Below the pieces are notes generated by a model that saw nothing but the letters and a program-made list of their open reading frames with translations, was not told the DNA's origin and did no database searches. Below are positions 30,727-43,635 of a DNA stretch of 53,940 nt, one piece after another (positions within the stretch are counted from its first letter, which is position 1; every line of letters starts with the position of its first letter). Source of the stretch: Deltaproteobacteria bacterium (GTDB lineage: Bacteria > Desulfobacterota > Binatia > UBA12015); contig JAYGCM010000091.1 in the NCBI GenBank assembly GCA_046583355.1, forward strand, positions 1 to 53,940. The letters are read 5' to 3'. Position numbers and translations under genes: made by a program.

Positions 30727-31944
30727 ATGATTGATTTCGAGCACTCCGAAAAAATCAAAGCCACCAAAGAACTGATCCATCTCGTCGCCCGCGACGCCAT
30801 GCGCCCGATCTCGCGCGAATACGACGAGAACGAGCATGCGATGCCCGAGGAATTCTGGAAATTCATGTGGGAGGCCAGCGGCGGCAAGCCCATGGGCATG
30901 GACCCCGACGACGGCGACAAAAAAGGCCCGCGCGAGAGCAACGTAGCCGCCTGCATCACCGTCGAAGAACTATCCTGGGGTGATGCGGGGCTCTATCTCA
31001 CGATTCCGAACCCTGGTCTGGGCGGCGCAGCCGTTGCGGCTACCGGTACGCCCGAGCAGAAGAAGCGTTTCCTCGGTCGCTTCGCCGAGGGTGAGCCCAA
31101 ATGGGCCGCCATGGCGATCACCGAGCCGCATTGCGGCTCGGACTCCGCCGCTTTGCAGACCACTGCTGTGCGTGACGGCGACGAGTGGATCCTCAACGGC
31201 ACCAAGATTTTCTGTACCGCCGGGCTGATGGCGGGTGAGAAATCCGACGGCTTCATCGTCGTGTGGGCCACCATCGACCGCGAGTCCGGGCGTGCCGGGA
31301 TCAAATCCTTCGTTGTCGAGAGCCGCACTCCCGGCATGAAGGTCATCCGAATCGAGGACAAGCTTGGTATCCGCGCCTCGGATACCGCCATGATCGTCTT
31401 CGAGGATTGCCGGATCCCGGCCGACAACCTGCTGGGCAGCTCCGAGGTCCACCGTACGACCGAAGGCTTCAAGGGTGCGATGGCTACCTTTGATGCCACC
31501 CGGCCGATCGTCGCGGCCAGTGCCTTGGGCATTGCCCAGGCGGCCATCGATATGGCCCGCGAAGAACTCGAAAAGCGTGGCTTGACGATCCGTTACGGCT
31601 TGCCCGATGCGCAGCTCACCGCAATCGAGAGCGACTTCATGCAGGTCGAGACCGATGTCCACGCGGCACGGCTCCTTACCTGGCGCGCTGCCTGGATGAT
31701 GGACCGGGGCAAACGCAATAGCCTCGAGGCCTCAATGGCAAAGGCCAAAGCCGGCCGTGCGGTCACCCGCGCGACCCAGAAGGCCGTCGAGTTCCTCGGC
31801 CCGCAGGGCTACTCACGCGAAATATTGCTTGAAAAATGGATGCGTGACGCGAAGATCAACGATATCTTCGAGGGTACCCAGCAGATCAATATGCTGATCG
31901 TGGCCCGTCGCATCCTCGGCTATTCGAGCAAAGAGCTCCGCTAA
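30727..31944 (+). CDS. Acyl-CoA dehydrogenase family protein (FadE23-like subunit)
   Basis: AMAITEP..GSD, LNGTKIF, KLGIRASDTA, EKWMRDAKINDIFEGTQQI. Confidence 0.92.
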   Translation: MIDFEHSEKIKATKELIHLVARDAMRPISREYDENEHAMPEEFWKFMWEASGGKPMGMDPDDGDKKGPRESNVAACITVEELSWGDAGLYLTIPNPGLGGAAVAATGTPEQKKRFLGRFAEGEPKWAAMAITEPHCGSDSAALQTTAVRDGDEWILNGTKIFCTAGLMAGEKSDGFIVVWATIDRESGRAGIKSFVVESRTPGMKVIRIEDKLGIRASDTAMIVFEDCRIPADNLLGSSEVHRTTEGFKGAMATFDATRPIVAASALGIAQAAIDMAREELEKRGLTIRYGLPDAQLTAIESDFMQVETDVHAARLLTWRAAWMMDRGKRNSLEASMAKAKAGRAVTRATQKAVEFLGPQGYSREILLEKWMRDAKINDIFEGTQQINMLIVARRILGYSSKELR

Positions 31945-31959
31945 ATAGCGCTCGCAGAC

Positions 31960-32001
31960 AAAAAGGGCCGGCCGTCATTGGGATGGCCGGCCCTTTTTTT
32001 T
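31960..32001. terminator. Bidirectional intrinsic terminator
   Basis: AAAAA-GGGCCGGCCGTC-loop-GATGGCCGGCCC-TTTTTTTT between convergent genes. Confidence 0.9.
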
Positions 32002-32019
32002 GCCCCGCGCCTGCCCGGG

Positions 32020-34401
32020 CTAAAGACCCTCGGGCTTGTTGCCAATCACGCCAGCTTCCTGCAGGGCCGCGATATCGGCCGACGAATAACCCAGCGAGGC
32101 CAGAATACTCGAATTGTCCTGGCCCAATAATGGCGCCGGCGTCCGCAGCCAATGCGCGACACTCGCGTAGCGAAAGGGCATCCCGATGAACGATTGTCGG
32201 CCGACGATCGGATGCTCCAACTCCTCATAGGTTCCGCGGTGAACCAATTGCGGATGTGACGAAAGTTCGCGCTGATCGGCGAGAGCCGCGGCCGGAATTC
32301 CTGCCGCCAGAAGCTCGCCGACAAGCTCATCACGGTCACGGGCCGCAAAAACAGGCTTGAGCTCGGCATCGATTCGATCCTCGATGGCCTGGCGCCCGGA
32401 CAGATCCAGCGTGCCCATAGCCGCCGCCCACGGCGGGTTGCCGAGCCAGCCCAGCAACGCCGTCCATTGCTCAGCGGTGCGGATCGAAAGCGCCAGCCAG
32501 CGCGGGTTCTCCACCGCCGCATGGCCGGCGGTCGGGTAAAGGCCCTGCGGTGCTGCTTCCGGGCAACGGTTGCCGCGGCGCTCCATCAGATTGCCATAAG
32601 CCGTATACTCTACCACCTGTTCGGCGGCCGCATTCAGCGCGCCCTCCACCATCGTGCATTCGAGAAAGGCACCCGCGCCGGTCTGCTTGCGCCGCTCCAG
32701 CGCGGCAAGGATCGCAAACGCCGCATGAACGCCGGCCAAAGGGTCGCACGGGCCGCGTTGAATCCGCGGCTGGTCATCCACATGCCCGGTCAGCCAGGCC
32801 AAACCCGACATCTGCTCCATCGTCTGAGCAAAACCCACATGGTCGCGCCACGGGCCGTCCAGGCCAAAGGCGGGCATGCGCGTATAGAGGCAATCGGGTT
32901 TGCGCGCCGCCACAGCCTCGCGCGTGAATCCAAAACCATCCATGACGCGCGGGCTGTAATTCTCCAGGAGAATATCGGCCGTATCGAGAAGCTTCCAGAG
33001 AATCTGCTGGCCCTTCTCCTCGTTCAGGTTCACGGCAAGATCACTTTTATTCGTATTGGCCGAGAGGAAAAAAGTGCTGCATTCCCACCACTCGTCGTGC
33101 TGCCCCGCAAACATGCCGCCGATCATGCGCGCACCATCGGGGCGTCGCGTCGACTCGATATGGATCACCTCGGCGCCAAGGCAAGCCAGGAAATGACTGG
33201 CCGATGGGCCGGCCCACCAATTCGAGACATCCAGAATACGCAAGCCCGCCAAGGGCAAGGCCGCGGCCGCGTCGGTGCCTGGGCGCGGCCGCTCACGCGG
33301 TTCTATCTTGCCAGTATCGGCACCAAGCGCGGGCGCAGCACGCGGCGGCGGCGGACTCTCATCGTCCACCCGATAGGGCGGCCGGGGGCGCTGGAATCCA
33401 CCCGAGGGATCCTCGGAGTAGATCCCGCGCGCCACCAGATGTTCATGTTCGAGCACCGAGCGACCATTGCCGACGGGCGCCACCGGCACGCGCAAGAGGG
33501 CTGCCTTGGCGACGATTTCGTCCGTCGTATGCTTGGCCGTCCAGGCGCCGACGATCGCCTCCCATTCCTCAAGCCGCACCATGCGATCGGTCAACTGCTT
33601 GAACTCGCCGCTCGCCAAGAGGTCAGGGCGCTCTATGACAATCATGAAGTCGGCAATCTGTTGCTGCGTGTTGGTATTGAAGCCGACAAATCCATCGCGG
33701 GTACGATGAATCGAAGGTGTCTCCACATTCTGCATCGAACCCGAAATGGGCGGGCGCCCGAAGAGGCCCCACATCAGGTCCATGTAGGTTGTGGCGGCCA
33801 GCGCCATCCCCTCCTGCAACGAGAAATCAATATGTTCGCCGCGTCCACTACGGCGCGCATGCTGCAACGCAGCCAAGGCCGCGACACTGGCAAAAGTACC
33901 GCCCATCCACTCGGTCGTGCGCGCGCCGGCCTGATAGGGCTCTTGGCCGGGCACGCCGCGGATGGCGATGGACCCCGCTTCGGCCTGAATCGTGAACTCC
34001 GTACTGGCACGGTCGGCCAGCGGTCCGTTCAGACCAAAGGGTGAGATCGAAAGAAGAACCAATCCTGGATTGGCAGCCAATAGGGCGACCCGGTCAAAGG
34101 GAGCCTGCGCTGCGAAATCCTCAACCAATAGATCTGCACCGGAGATCAGACGCGCCGCCTCGGCACTATCGGGCGCGGCCACGACCGAGCGCTTCGAGGC
34201 GTTCAGGAAACGAAAGAGTGCGCCGGGGGCCCGGCCCGGATGCCCGCCGGTGGCCGACCAGGTCCGCAAGGAGTCGCCGGCGGCCGCCTCGATCTTGATG
34301 ACATCGGCCCCGGCGTCAGCAAATAATTTGGTCGCATAAGGCCCGGCAATCTCCGAGGAAAAATCGACGACACGAAAACCGCCGAGCGCTGTGAATGCCA
34401 T
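32020..34401 (-). CDS. Two-domain CaiB/BaiF family CoA-transferase
   Basis: Two tandem class III CoA-transferase modules (IAGPYATKLFADAGADVIKIE; WAGPSASHFLACLGAEVIHIE). Confidence 0.9.
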   Translation of the reverse strand: MAFTALGGFRVVDFSSEIAGPYATKLFADAGADVIKIEAAAGDSLRTWSATGGHPGRAPGALFRFLNASKRSVVAAPDSAEAARLISGADLLVEDFAAQAPFDRVALLAANPGLVLLSISPFGLNGPLADRASTEFTIQAEAGSIAIRGVPGQEPYQAGARTTEWMGGTFASVAALAALQHARRSGRGEHIDFSLQEGMALAATTYMDLMWGLFGRPPISGSMQNVETPSIHRTRDGFVGFNTNTQQQIADFMIVIERPDLLASGEFKQLTDRMVRLEEWEAIVGAWTAKHTTDEIVAKAALLRVPVAPVGNGRSVLEHEHLVARGIYSEDPSGGFQRPRPPYRVDDESPPPPRAAPALGADTGKIEPRERPRPGTDAAAALPLAGLRILDVSNWWAGPSASHFLACLGAEVIHIESTRRPDGARMIGGMFAGQHDEWWECSTFFLSANTNKSDLAVNLNEEKGQQILWKLLDTADILLENYSPRVMDGFGFTREAVAARKPDCLYTRMPAFGLDGPWRDHVGFAQTMEQMSGLAWLTGHVDDQPRIQRGPCDPLAGVHAAFAILAALERRKQTGAGAFLECTMVEGALNAAAEQVVEYTAYGNLMERRGNRCPEAAPQGLYPTAGHAAVENPRWLALSIRTAEQWTALLGWLGNPPWAAAMGTLDLSGRQAIEDRIDAELKPVFAARDRDELVGELLAAGIPAAALADQRELSSHPQLVHRGTYEELEHPIVGRQSFIGMPFRYASVAHWLRTPAPLLGQDNSSILASLGYSSADIAALQEAGVIGNKPEGL

Positions 34402-35577
34402 CTATTCGAGGCCGTAGAGCTCAGCCGCCGTATCGTGCAATACCTTGCCGACCACGCGCTCGGGGATCCCGGCCAATACGCTCTCTGCATAAAGACGAGG
34501 GTGCGTACCGGCGCTCGCCGGACCGGGTGCCTGGCAGGTGGGATGCGGGTAGTCGGTCTCGAAGAGGATATTATCAGGGAACATGTCCAGCGCGGTGGCA
34601 ATACCGGCTTCCTCAAACCAGAAGCTGCCGTAGATCTGCCGGCGGAAATACTCACTCGGCAGGAGATCATACTCGGGGTGCTCCTTGCGCACCCCGTTGT
34701 TCTTCCATTGCCAATCCAAAGCTTCGATGACGAAGGGGAGCCAACTCACGCCGCTCTCCACCGAGACCATTTTCAGCTTCGGGAAACGGTGCGGGATGCC
34801 GCTCAGGATAATGTCCGCGAGACAGCGGCCGTTGTCGAGAAAGGCCATCGCCGAGGCGCGCGCAAAGTTGGTCTTGGCACCGATGCCGGCCGTATCGTTG
34901 GCGACATCCGAGAGATCGCCACCACCGACATGGAAACTGATCGACATGCCGGCTTCCTCGGCGGCCGCCCAGATCGGGTCCCAATGGCGGTCGCGCAGCA
35001 AGGGTTGGCCGTGGTCCTGCGGCTGGTTGCACATCAGCACGGCCGAATAGCCCAACCGGGCCCCACGCTGGATCTCGGCTACGGAGGCCGCAATATCCCA
35101 AAAGGGTGTTGCCATCACGCCGATCAGACGCGTGTGGTCGGCCGAGCACCAATCCATCAGCCAATCATTATAGGCACGCACGCATTCCAGCATGAGCTCG
35201 GGCTCACCCATCTTGAGAAACCCGCCCATGCCGAAGCCGCCGACATTCGGATAGAGGACGCAGGCCGCGATGCCTTCCGAATCGAGAAACTCGATGCGGG
35301 CCTTGGCCTCATACATCGAGTTGGGAATATCCGCGTAGGTTTTGCGGAAGTCCGGGAAGGTTCCGTCATGACCGGCAGCGGAGTAGGCGCCCGGCATGCC
35401 GATGGGCTGATCGCCGATCATCCAAAGGTCGAGATCGCCGACCCTCTGGATATGAGGAACCCGATCCCCCCATTTCGCGGCCACGCGGCCCTGCCAGACA
35501 TCGGCCGGTTCCGTGACATGCGTGTCGATATCGATCACCCGATAGCGGGAAAAAAGGTCTGTACTCTCATTCGACAC
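34402..35577 (-). CDS. Amidohydrolase_2 family protein
   Basis: IDIDTHVTEP, RAYNDW, WDPIWAAAEE, FHVG, LFETDYPH; abuts the CoA-transferase start. Confidence 0.9.
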   Translation of the reverse strand: MSNESTDLFSRYRVIDIDTHVTEPADVWQGRVAAKWGDRVPHIQRVGDLDLWMIGDQPIGMPGAYSAAGHDGTFPDFRKTYADIPNSMYEAKARIEFLDSEGIAACVLYPNVGGFGMGGFLKMGEPELMLECVRAYNDWLMDWCSADHTRLIGVMATPFWDIAASVAEIQRGARLGYSAVLMCNQPQDHGQPLLRDRHWDPIWAAAEEAGMSISFHVGGGDLSDVANDTAGIGAKTNFARASAMAFLDNGRCLADIILSGIPHRFPKLKMVSVESGVSWLPFVIEALDWQWKNNGVRKEHPEYDLLPSEYFRRQIYGSFWFEEAGIATALDMFPDNILFETDYPHPTCQAPGPASAGTHPRLYAESVLAGIPERVVGKVLHDTAAELYGLE

Positions 35578-35880
35578 AAGCTGCTCCTTGGAAAACCCTA
35601 ATTCTGACTGGATAAATACCCTGGCTCGGACTCAACGCTATCACCCATGCGGGCGAATCACCCATGCCCGAACGCGGGATCCGAGGAGGCAGAATAGGGG
35701 AAACTACCTATTCCCATACTCCTTCCAGCGTCACTCCACTGTACAGAGGTGTCACTTTTTCGCCACATGTTGCGCACGGACTTGTACAGCGCAGGAGATA
35801 TGCCGTCTGCGGGGTCCGCAAAACATTAGGATTTCCGATCTTCTGCGAGCCATCAGGCCGATCCGCGCGGCTACACGTTA

Positions 35881-35896
35881 TGGCATGAGGGTTGCA
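35881..35896 (+). promoter_or_regulatory. sigma54 (-24/-12) promoter
   Basis: TGGCATGAGGGTTGCA, near-consensus TGGCAC-N5-TTGCW, 32 bp before an ATG with AGGAGG SD. Confidence 0.8.
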
Positions 35897-35928
35897 GTAG
35901 ATCTTGGTGACAGCACTAGGAGGCCATC

Positions 35929-36105
35929 ATGAAACCATACGTCACACTCACCGATCTCGTCGAAATCGTTTCGGAATTTGCAAAATCCGAGACCGAAATC
36001 ATCGCAACCGTCGTGCATCTGATCAAAAGCGGCCAGGTCAGCCTGAAAGCTCAGCCTGTAATGGCGGAGCAGGTGCCGCAGGAGGCGCTCCATGCATTCG
36101 TTTGA
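35929..36105 (+). CDS. Small hypothetical protein, 58 aa (absent from ORF track)
   Basis: AGGAGG SD at 35918-23, ATG 35929; MKPYVTLTDLVEIVSEFAKSETEIIATVVHLIKSGQVSLKAQPVMAEQVPQEALHAFV. Confidence 0.75.
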   Translation: MKPYVTLTDLVEIVSEFAKSETEIIATVVHLIKSGQVSLKAQPVMAEQVPQEALHAFV

Positions 36106-36325
36106 AGAAATGACCGCAAATTCCGCCCCGCAAAGTATCAGCACGGGCGAGGAGCGGAAATTCTATTATGTTTCCGGCCAGCCGGTCGAACTTTGGGAAA
36201 ACGCCGATATCCCCTTCGGATGGTCGGAAGATGAACTCACCCAATACGCCGACACGGAGAATTGGGAATGTCTCTTCAACGCGCTCGTTCTCGCGGCCAC
36301 GCTAGAGCACTCCACCGAGGCTTGA
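36092..36325 (+). CDS. Small acidic hypothetical protein, 77 aa
   Basis: GGAGG SD at 36081-85; overlaps the upstream small gene by 14 nt; protein-like composition (FYYVSG..VELWEN...FGW...W..LFNALVL). Confidence 0.65.
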   Translation: MHSFEEMTANSAPQSISTGEERKFYYVSGQPVELWENADIPFGWSEDELTQYADTENWECLFNALVLAATLEHSTEA

Positions 36326-36512
36326 AGCCTCAACGGAGCGCCAATCCGGAGCGGTAGCCACCCGCTCCAGCACGGAATTATCACCCACAATACTCAGGAT
36401 ATCTCCGCGAGAACGGGCCGTGCCGGAACTCAAAAGCTTGCCGAAAAGCAGGCCTGCATCCAGGCACCGCTTTCGAGCAGCCCTCGCCACCGGACAGGTT
36501 TTGACCTTCGGG

Positions 36513-37286
36513 TTAGAAATCGTCCTTCAGTCGGCGCACCGCCGCAAAAACACTCGCATCGTCCGGCGGCGTTCCCGGACAACGATGCTCAAGCGTTTCG
36601 CGCAATTCGCTGTTTCCCACGCGCAGGAACGGGTTGGTTTCCCGCTCGGAGGCCAGCGTGCTCGGCACCGTAGGCATGCCTTCGCGGCGACGCGCCCGAG
36701 ACCAAGCCAATTTGTCCCGAATTGCCTTGTTTTTCGGCTCAAGTTCGGCGGCGAACTCGAGGTTCTTCACCGTATACTCATGACCGCAGAAGACCCGCGT
36801 ATCGCCAGCCAATGCGTCGAGCTTGCCCAGAGATGCCATCATCTGGCTGGCGTCCCCTTCGAAAAGACGGCCACAACCCGCGACAAAGAGCGTATCGCCG
36901 GTAAAGAGGGACTTCTGATCGCGAAAATAATAGGCGATATGACCGCTGGTATGCGCCGGAATCCGGAGCACTTCGGCCACAAGACTGCCTAGAACGACGG
37001 AATCTCCCTCGCGAACGCCATCAGTCAGCCCCGGAATCCTCTCGGCATCATCGGCATTGCCAAAGATCCGGACCTTCTCACGCGCGGCCATCTCTTCGTT
37101 GCCCGCGGTATGATCCCAATGGTGATGGGTCGAGAGAATGGCCGTGACCTTTACACCGAGACCCGCCGCCGCTGCCAGAATGGATTCGACCTCGACGCAA
37201 TCGACAACCGCGGCAATGGCCTCGTCTTCGGGCATGATCAGATAGCTGTAGTTGTCCTGCAGGACGGGTACGGGCACCACTCGCAA
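36513..37286 (-). CDS. gloB: Hydroxyacylglutathione hydrolase (glyoxalase II)
   Basis: DNYSYL, THHHWDHTAG, HTSGHI, FTGDTLFVAGCGRLFEG, CGHEYT, ETNPFLR; AAGGAG SD before TTG 37286. Confidence 0.93.
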   Translation of the reverse strand: MRVVPVPVLQDNYSYLIMPEDEAIAAVVDCVEVESILAAAAGLGVKVTAILSTHHHWDHTAGNEEMAAREKVRIFGNADDAERIPGLTDGVREGDSVVLGSLVAEVLRIPAHTSGHIAYYFRDQKSLFTGDTLFVAGCGRLFEGDASQMMASLGKLDALAGDTRVFCGHEYTVKNLEFAAELEPKNKAIRDKLAWSRARRREGMPTVPSTLASERETNPFLRVGNSELRETLEHRCPGTPPDDASVFAAVRRLKDDF

Positions 37287-37406
37287 GAGATTCTCCTTTT
37301 CCGAGGCCCCCGATATGGGGTACGACGCAGTCTGCACCAGACCGCATCCTCCTTCAAGACACTCCTTGCGGAGGATTATCGGCGAGGAAGAAGCTAGCAA
37401 CCCGCA

Positions 37407-38510
37407 ATGAGCGCAATTTTGCCGCGGGAGCGATGGGCGGCCCTCGCGACGAAATCGAAAGATCCATCCGGACTGGACAACTCGGGGGTCGATATCGACT
37501 TCCCTTTTTTCCTGGCGCCGATGGTCGGTCTCTCGCACGTCGCCTTGCGCGAGACGCTTCGTGCCTACACACCGGCCGATGCCAAAAGCCTGCTCTTCAC
37601 CGAAATGCTCTCTTCACGACGCCTCTCAGCCGAGAAGATCGGCGACCGGCCCGAGACGACTACCCTGCCGCATGAGACGGACCTGGTGCCGCAACTCCTC
37701 GCCAACGAAGAGCGTTTCATCCGGATCTCGCTCGACAAGCTCAAGGCCATTGGGCCACGTGCAATCGACATCAATATGGGTTGCCCGGTCAACCAGGCAT
37801 TGAAACATAATTGGGGTGTCGCGCTGATGGGCGACCCCCGCTACGCCGAAGAAGTCGTCCGCATGACCGTCGCGCATTCCACTCGGCCTGTTTCCGTCAA
37901 GCTTAGAACCGGCCTCACAGACGACCCCGAGTATCTCGTCGATTTCGCGCGCATGCTCGAATCTGCCGGTGCCGCCTGGCTCACGATTCACCCCCGGATT
38001 GCCTCGCAGCAAAGACGCGGTTCCGCCTGCTGGGATTATCTGGGGATGGTTCGGGATGCCGTGAAAATCCCGGTGATCGGAAACGGCGATGTACAAACCG
38101 CAGACGATGCGTTTGACCTGCTGCGCCGAACCGGCTGCGACGGCGTGATGATCGGCCGTGCCGCCGTCGCGCGACCCTGGATCCTCTGGCAGGTCGGCGA
38201 ACGCCTGGGCCTGCCAGCACCGCGCGGCCTCGAAGGACGCGAGGCCCCGGCTGATGCCTGGTCCGAAGGAGCGGAGTACCAGCACGCCTTCGCCCGCTTC
38301 CGCGAGACCGCCACTGCCACCTTTACGGCCCGCGACGCTCTGCGCCGCACCCGATTTTTCGTTCATTGGGGCGGTCGCTGGCTCGATTTCGGCCACGAAC
38401 TCTGGCGGCGGATCAACTCCGCGCCCGACCTGGATGCCATGCGCGAAATCGCCGACGCCTTCTTCGCTAAAAAACAGCGCATGACGAGCCGCACAGTGCT
38501 GCGCGGCTGA
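37407..38510 (+). CDS. tRNA-dihydrouridine synthase (Dus) family protein
   Basis: LAPMVG, IDINMGCP, PVSVKLRTG, IPVIGNGDV, DGVMIGR; subfamily not assigned. Confidence 0.9.
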   Translation: MSAILPRERWAALATKSKDPSGLDNSGVDIDFPFFLAPMVGLSHVALRETLRAYTPADAKSLLFTEMLSSRRLSAEKIGDRPETTTLPHETDLVPQLLANEERFIRISLDKLKAIGPRAIDINMGCPVNQALKHNWGVALMGDPRYAEEVVRMTVAHSTRPVSVKLRTGLTDDPEYLVDFARMLESAGAAWLTIHPRIASQQRRGSACWDYLGMVRDAVKIPVIGNGDVQTADDAFDLLRRTGCDGVMIGRAAVARPWILWQVGERLGLPAPRGLEGREAPADAWSEGAEYQHAFARFRETATATFTARDALRRTRFFVHWGGRWLDFGHELWRRINSAPDLDAMREIADAFFAKKQRMTSRTVLRG

Positions 38511-38520
38511 GACCGCGACG

Positions 38521-41055
38521 CTATTCTTCGCTGGGCTCTTTGGTTTCGCCAGACTCGTTGGTTTCGCTGGTTTCGTTGCTCGCGATGACGCCGCCGTCCG
38601 TGCTCTCGCCTTCATCATTGGCGGAGTTCTCGGATGCATCTACGCTCTCATCGACTCGCGTCAGACTCACCACGCGCTCGCCTTCATCGAGATCCATCAG
38701 CTTCACGCCCTGGGTATTGCGCCCGACCACCCGGATTTCGGCCACCCGCTGACGGATCAAACGACCGCGATCGGTCACCAGCATCAACTCGTCGGTGTCT
38801 GAGACCTGCAGCACGCCGATCACGCCGCCGGTTTTCTCACCGACCTTCATCGTGCGGATGCCCTTGCCGCCGCGGCTCTGCCGCCGGTAATCTTCAAGCG
38901 CGGTGCGCTTGCCCTGACCACGCTCGGACACGGTGAGCAGCCGCGCATCCGCTGAGAGAACCTCCGCGCTCACGACCTCATCGCCCACGCCGAGATTCAG
39001 GCCGCGCACGCCGCCGGCCGACCGGCCCATCGCTCGGACATCACTCTGCGGAAAGCGAATCGCCATGCCACCACGGCTGGAGAGCAGAACCTCATCGCCT
39101 TCCTGAACCAGCGAGGCGCCGATCAAGGCATCTTCTTCGTCCAGCTTGATCGCGATGATGCCGGCGGTCCGCCGGCGCGCATACGCCATCAATTCGGTTT
39201 TCTTGACCGTGCCCTTGCGGGTCGCAAAGAGGACATGCGGTCCATGCGTGAATTCCGCAATCGGCAAGAAGGCCGAAACTTTTTCCTCGGCTTCGAGTTG
39301 CAGCAGGTTGACGATCGCCTTGCCGCGCGCCGTGCGGCTACCGCGCGGAATCTCGAAGACTTTGCGCCAATGCAATTTGCCCCGATCGGTCAGAAAAAGA
39401 AGAACATCATGCGTCGAGGCGACGAAAACATGTTCGATGAAATCTTCTTGCCGTGCCGTAGCGCCCTGCTTACCGCGACCGCCACGCCTTTGCGCGCGGT
39501 ACTCGCTGGCTTCGATGCGTTTCACATAGCCGGCATGCGAGACCGTAACGACGACATCTTCGCGTGGCGTCAGATCTTCCAGCGAAATATCGGCCGCACT
39601 CTCTACGATCTCGCAGCGCCGCTCGTCGCCATAGCGCTCCTTCATTTCCAGGAGCTCTTCGCCGATGATTTTGTCGATCTCGGAGATATGCGCGAGGATG
39701 AAGCGGAACTTCTCGATCAGCGCGAGAACCTCGGCATGTTCGGCGAGAATCTTGTCGCGCTCGAGGTTGGTCAGTCTTTGCAGGCGCATATCCAAGATGG
39801 CCTGCGCCTGCATTTCCGAGAGTGCGAAAGTCTCAACCAAGCCGCTGCGCGCTTCGGCCGGGTTGCCGGATGCACGGATCAGGGCGATCACCGCATCGAG
39901 GTTGTCGAGCGCAATTTTAAGACCTTCGAGGATATGCAGGCGATCTTCGGCCTTGCGCAGATCATAAAGCGTGCGGCGCGTGATGACTTCGCGACGATGG
40001 TCGAGGAAAATCACCAACGCATCGCGCAGGTTCAGAAGTTTCGGGCGCCCCTCGACAATCGCGAGCAGGTTCACACCGAAGGAATCCTGCATCTGCGTGT
40101 GGCGGTAGAGCTGGTTCAGAACGACATCGCCACTCGCATCGCGCTTGAGTTCGATGACGATGCGCATCCCGCTACGATCGGACTCGTCACGCAGGTCCGA
40201 GATGCCTTCAATCTTCTTGTTATTGACGAGTTCGGCGATCTTTTCGATCAGACGCGCCTTGTTCACCTGGTAGGGAATCTCGTGGACGATGATCCGGTCG
40301 CGGCCCTTTTTCTCGTTCTCTTCGACCTCGGCGCGGGCACGCACCTGGAGAATCCCACGGCCGGTCGTATAGGCCTCGCGGATCGGCGTGCGGCCGCAGA
40401 TAAACCCGCCGGTCGGGAAATCCGGGCCGGGAATATATTCCATCAGGTCGAGCGAGCCCAGGTTCGGGTTTTCCAACAAGGCCATGCAGCCATCGACCAA
40501 TTCGCCGAGGTTATGCGGCGGGATATTGGTCGCCATGCCGACGGCAATTCCTGACGAGCCGTTGAGCAGCAGGTTGGGGATCTTGGCTGGCAGGACAGCG
40601 GGCTCATGCTCGCTTTCGTCGTAATTCGCGACGAAATCGACGGTGTCGCGATCGAGGTCGGCGAGCAACTCACCGGCGATGCGCTCGAGGCGGATCTCCG
40701 TATAACGCATGGCCGCGGCCGAGTCGCCGTCGACCGAACCAAAGTTCCCCTGGCCGTCGACCAGCGGATAGCGCATGGAAAAATCCTGCGCGAGGCGGAC
40801 GATCGTATCGTAGACCGCCGTATCACCATGCGGATGGTATTTGCCGATCACGTCACCGACGATACGCGCCGATTTTTTATACGAGCGGTTCCACTCGACG
40901 CCGAGCTCGTTCATCGCGTAGAGCGCGCGACGATGCACCGGCTTGAGGCCATCACGAGCGTCCGGAAGTGCACGCCCGATGATGACGCTCATAGCGTAGT
41001 CCATATAGGACTGACGCATCTCGTCTTCGATGTTGACGGGAATTCGAAGCGCCAT
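38521..41055 (-). CDS. gyrA: DNA gyrase subunit A
   Basis: [15 protein letters not shown], GyrA box QRRGGRG, acidic C-terminal tail. Confidence 0.98.
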   Translation of the reverse strand: MALRIPVNIEDEMRQSYMDYAMSVIIGRALPDARDGLKPVHRRALYAMNELGVEWNRSYKKSARIVGDVIGKYHPHGDTAVYDTIVRLAQDFSMRYPLVDGQGNFGSVDGDSAAAMRYTEIRLERIAGELLADLDRDTVDFVANYDESEHEPAVLPAKIPNLLLNGSSGIAVGMATNIPPHNLGELVDGCMALLENPNLGSLDLMEYIPGPDFPTGGFICGRTPIREAYTTGRGILQVRARAEVEENEKKGRDRIIVHEIPYQVNKARLIEKIAELVNNKKIEGISDLRDESDRSGMRIVIELKRDASGDVVLNQLYRHTQMQDSFGVNLLAIVEGRPKLLNLRDALVIFLDHRREVITRRTLYDLRKAEDRLHILEGLKIALDNLDAVIALIRASGNPAEARSGLVETFALSEMQAQAILDMRLQRLTNLERDKILAEHAEVLALIEKFRFILAHISEIDKIIGEELLEMKERYGDERRCEIVESAADISLEDLTPREDVVVTVSHAGYVKRIEASEYRAQRRGGRGKQGATARQEDFIEHVFVASTHDVLLFLTDRGKLHWRKVFEIPRGSRTARGKAIVNLLQLEAEEKVSAFLPIAEFTHGPHVLFATRKGTVKKTELMAYARRRTAGIIAIKLDEEDALIGASLVQEGDEVLLSSRGGMAIRFPQSDVRAMGRSAGGVRGLNLGVGDEVVSAEVLSADARLLTVSERGQGKRTALEDYRRQSRGGKGIRTMKVGEKTGGVIGVLQVSDTDELMLVTDRGRLIRQRVAEIRVVGRNTQGVKLMDLDEGERVVSLTRVDESVDASENSANDEGESTDGGVIASNETSETNESGETKEPSEE

Positions 41056-41065
41056 AAACCTGCCC

Positions 41066-43528
<2,463 letters not shown>

Positions 43529-43635
43529 CTATCTCCAGAAGGAATTCTAACAGAATGAGAGCCGGATCCAAAGGCGGTCTGACTCTTCTGCGCGGCTTTT
43601 TTATGCTGCGGCGAAGCCGTTCTGCGGCCCTGGTT

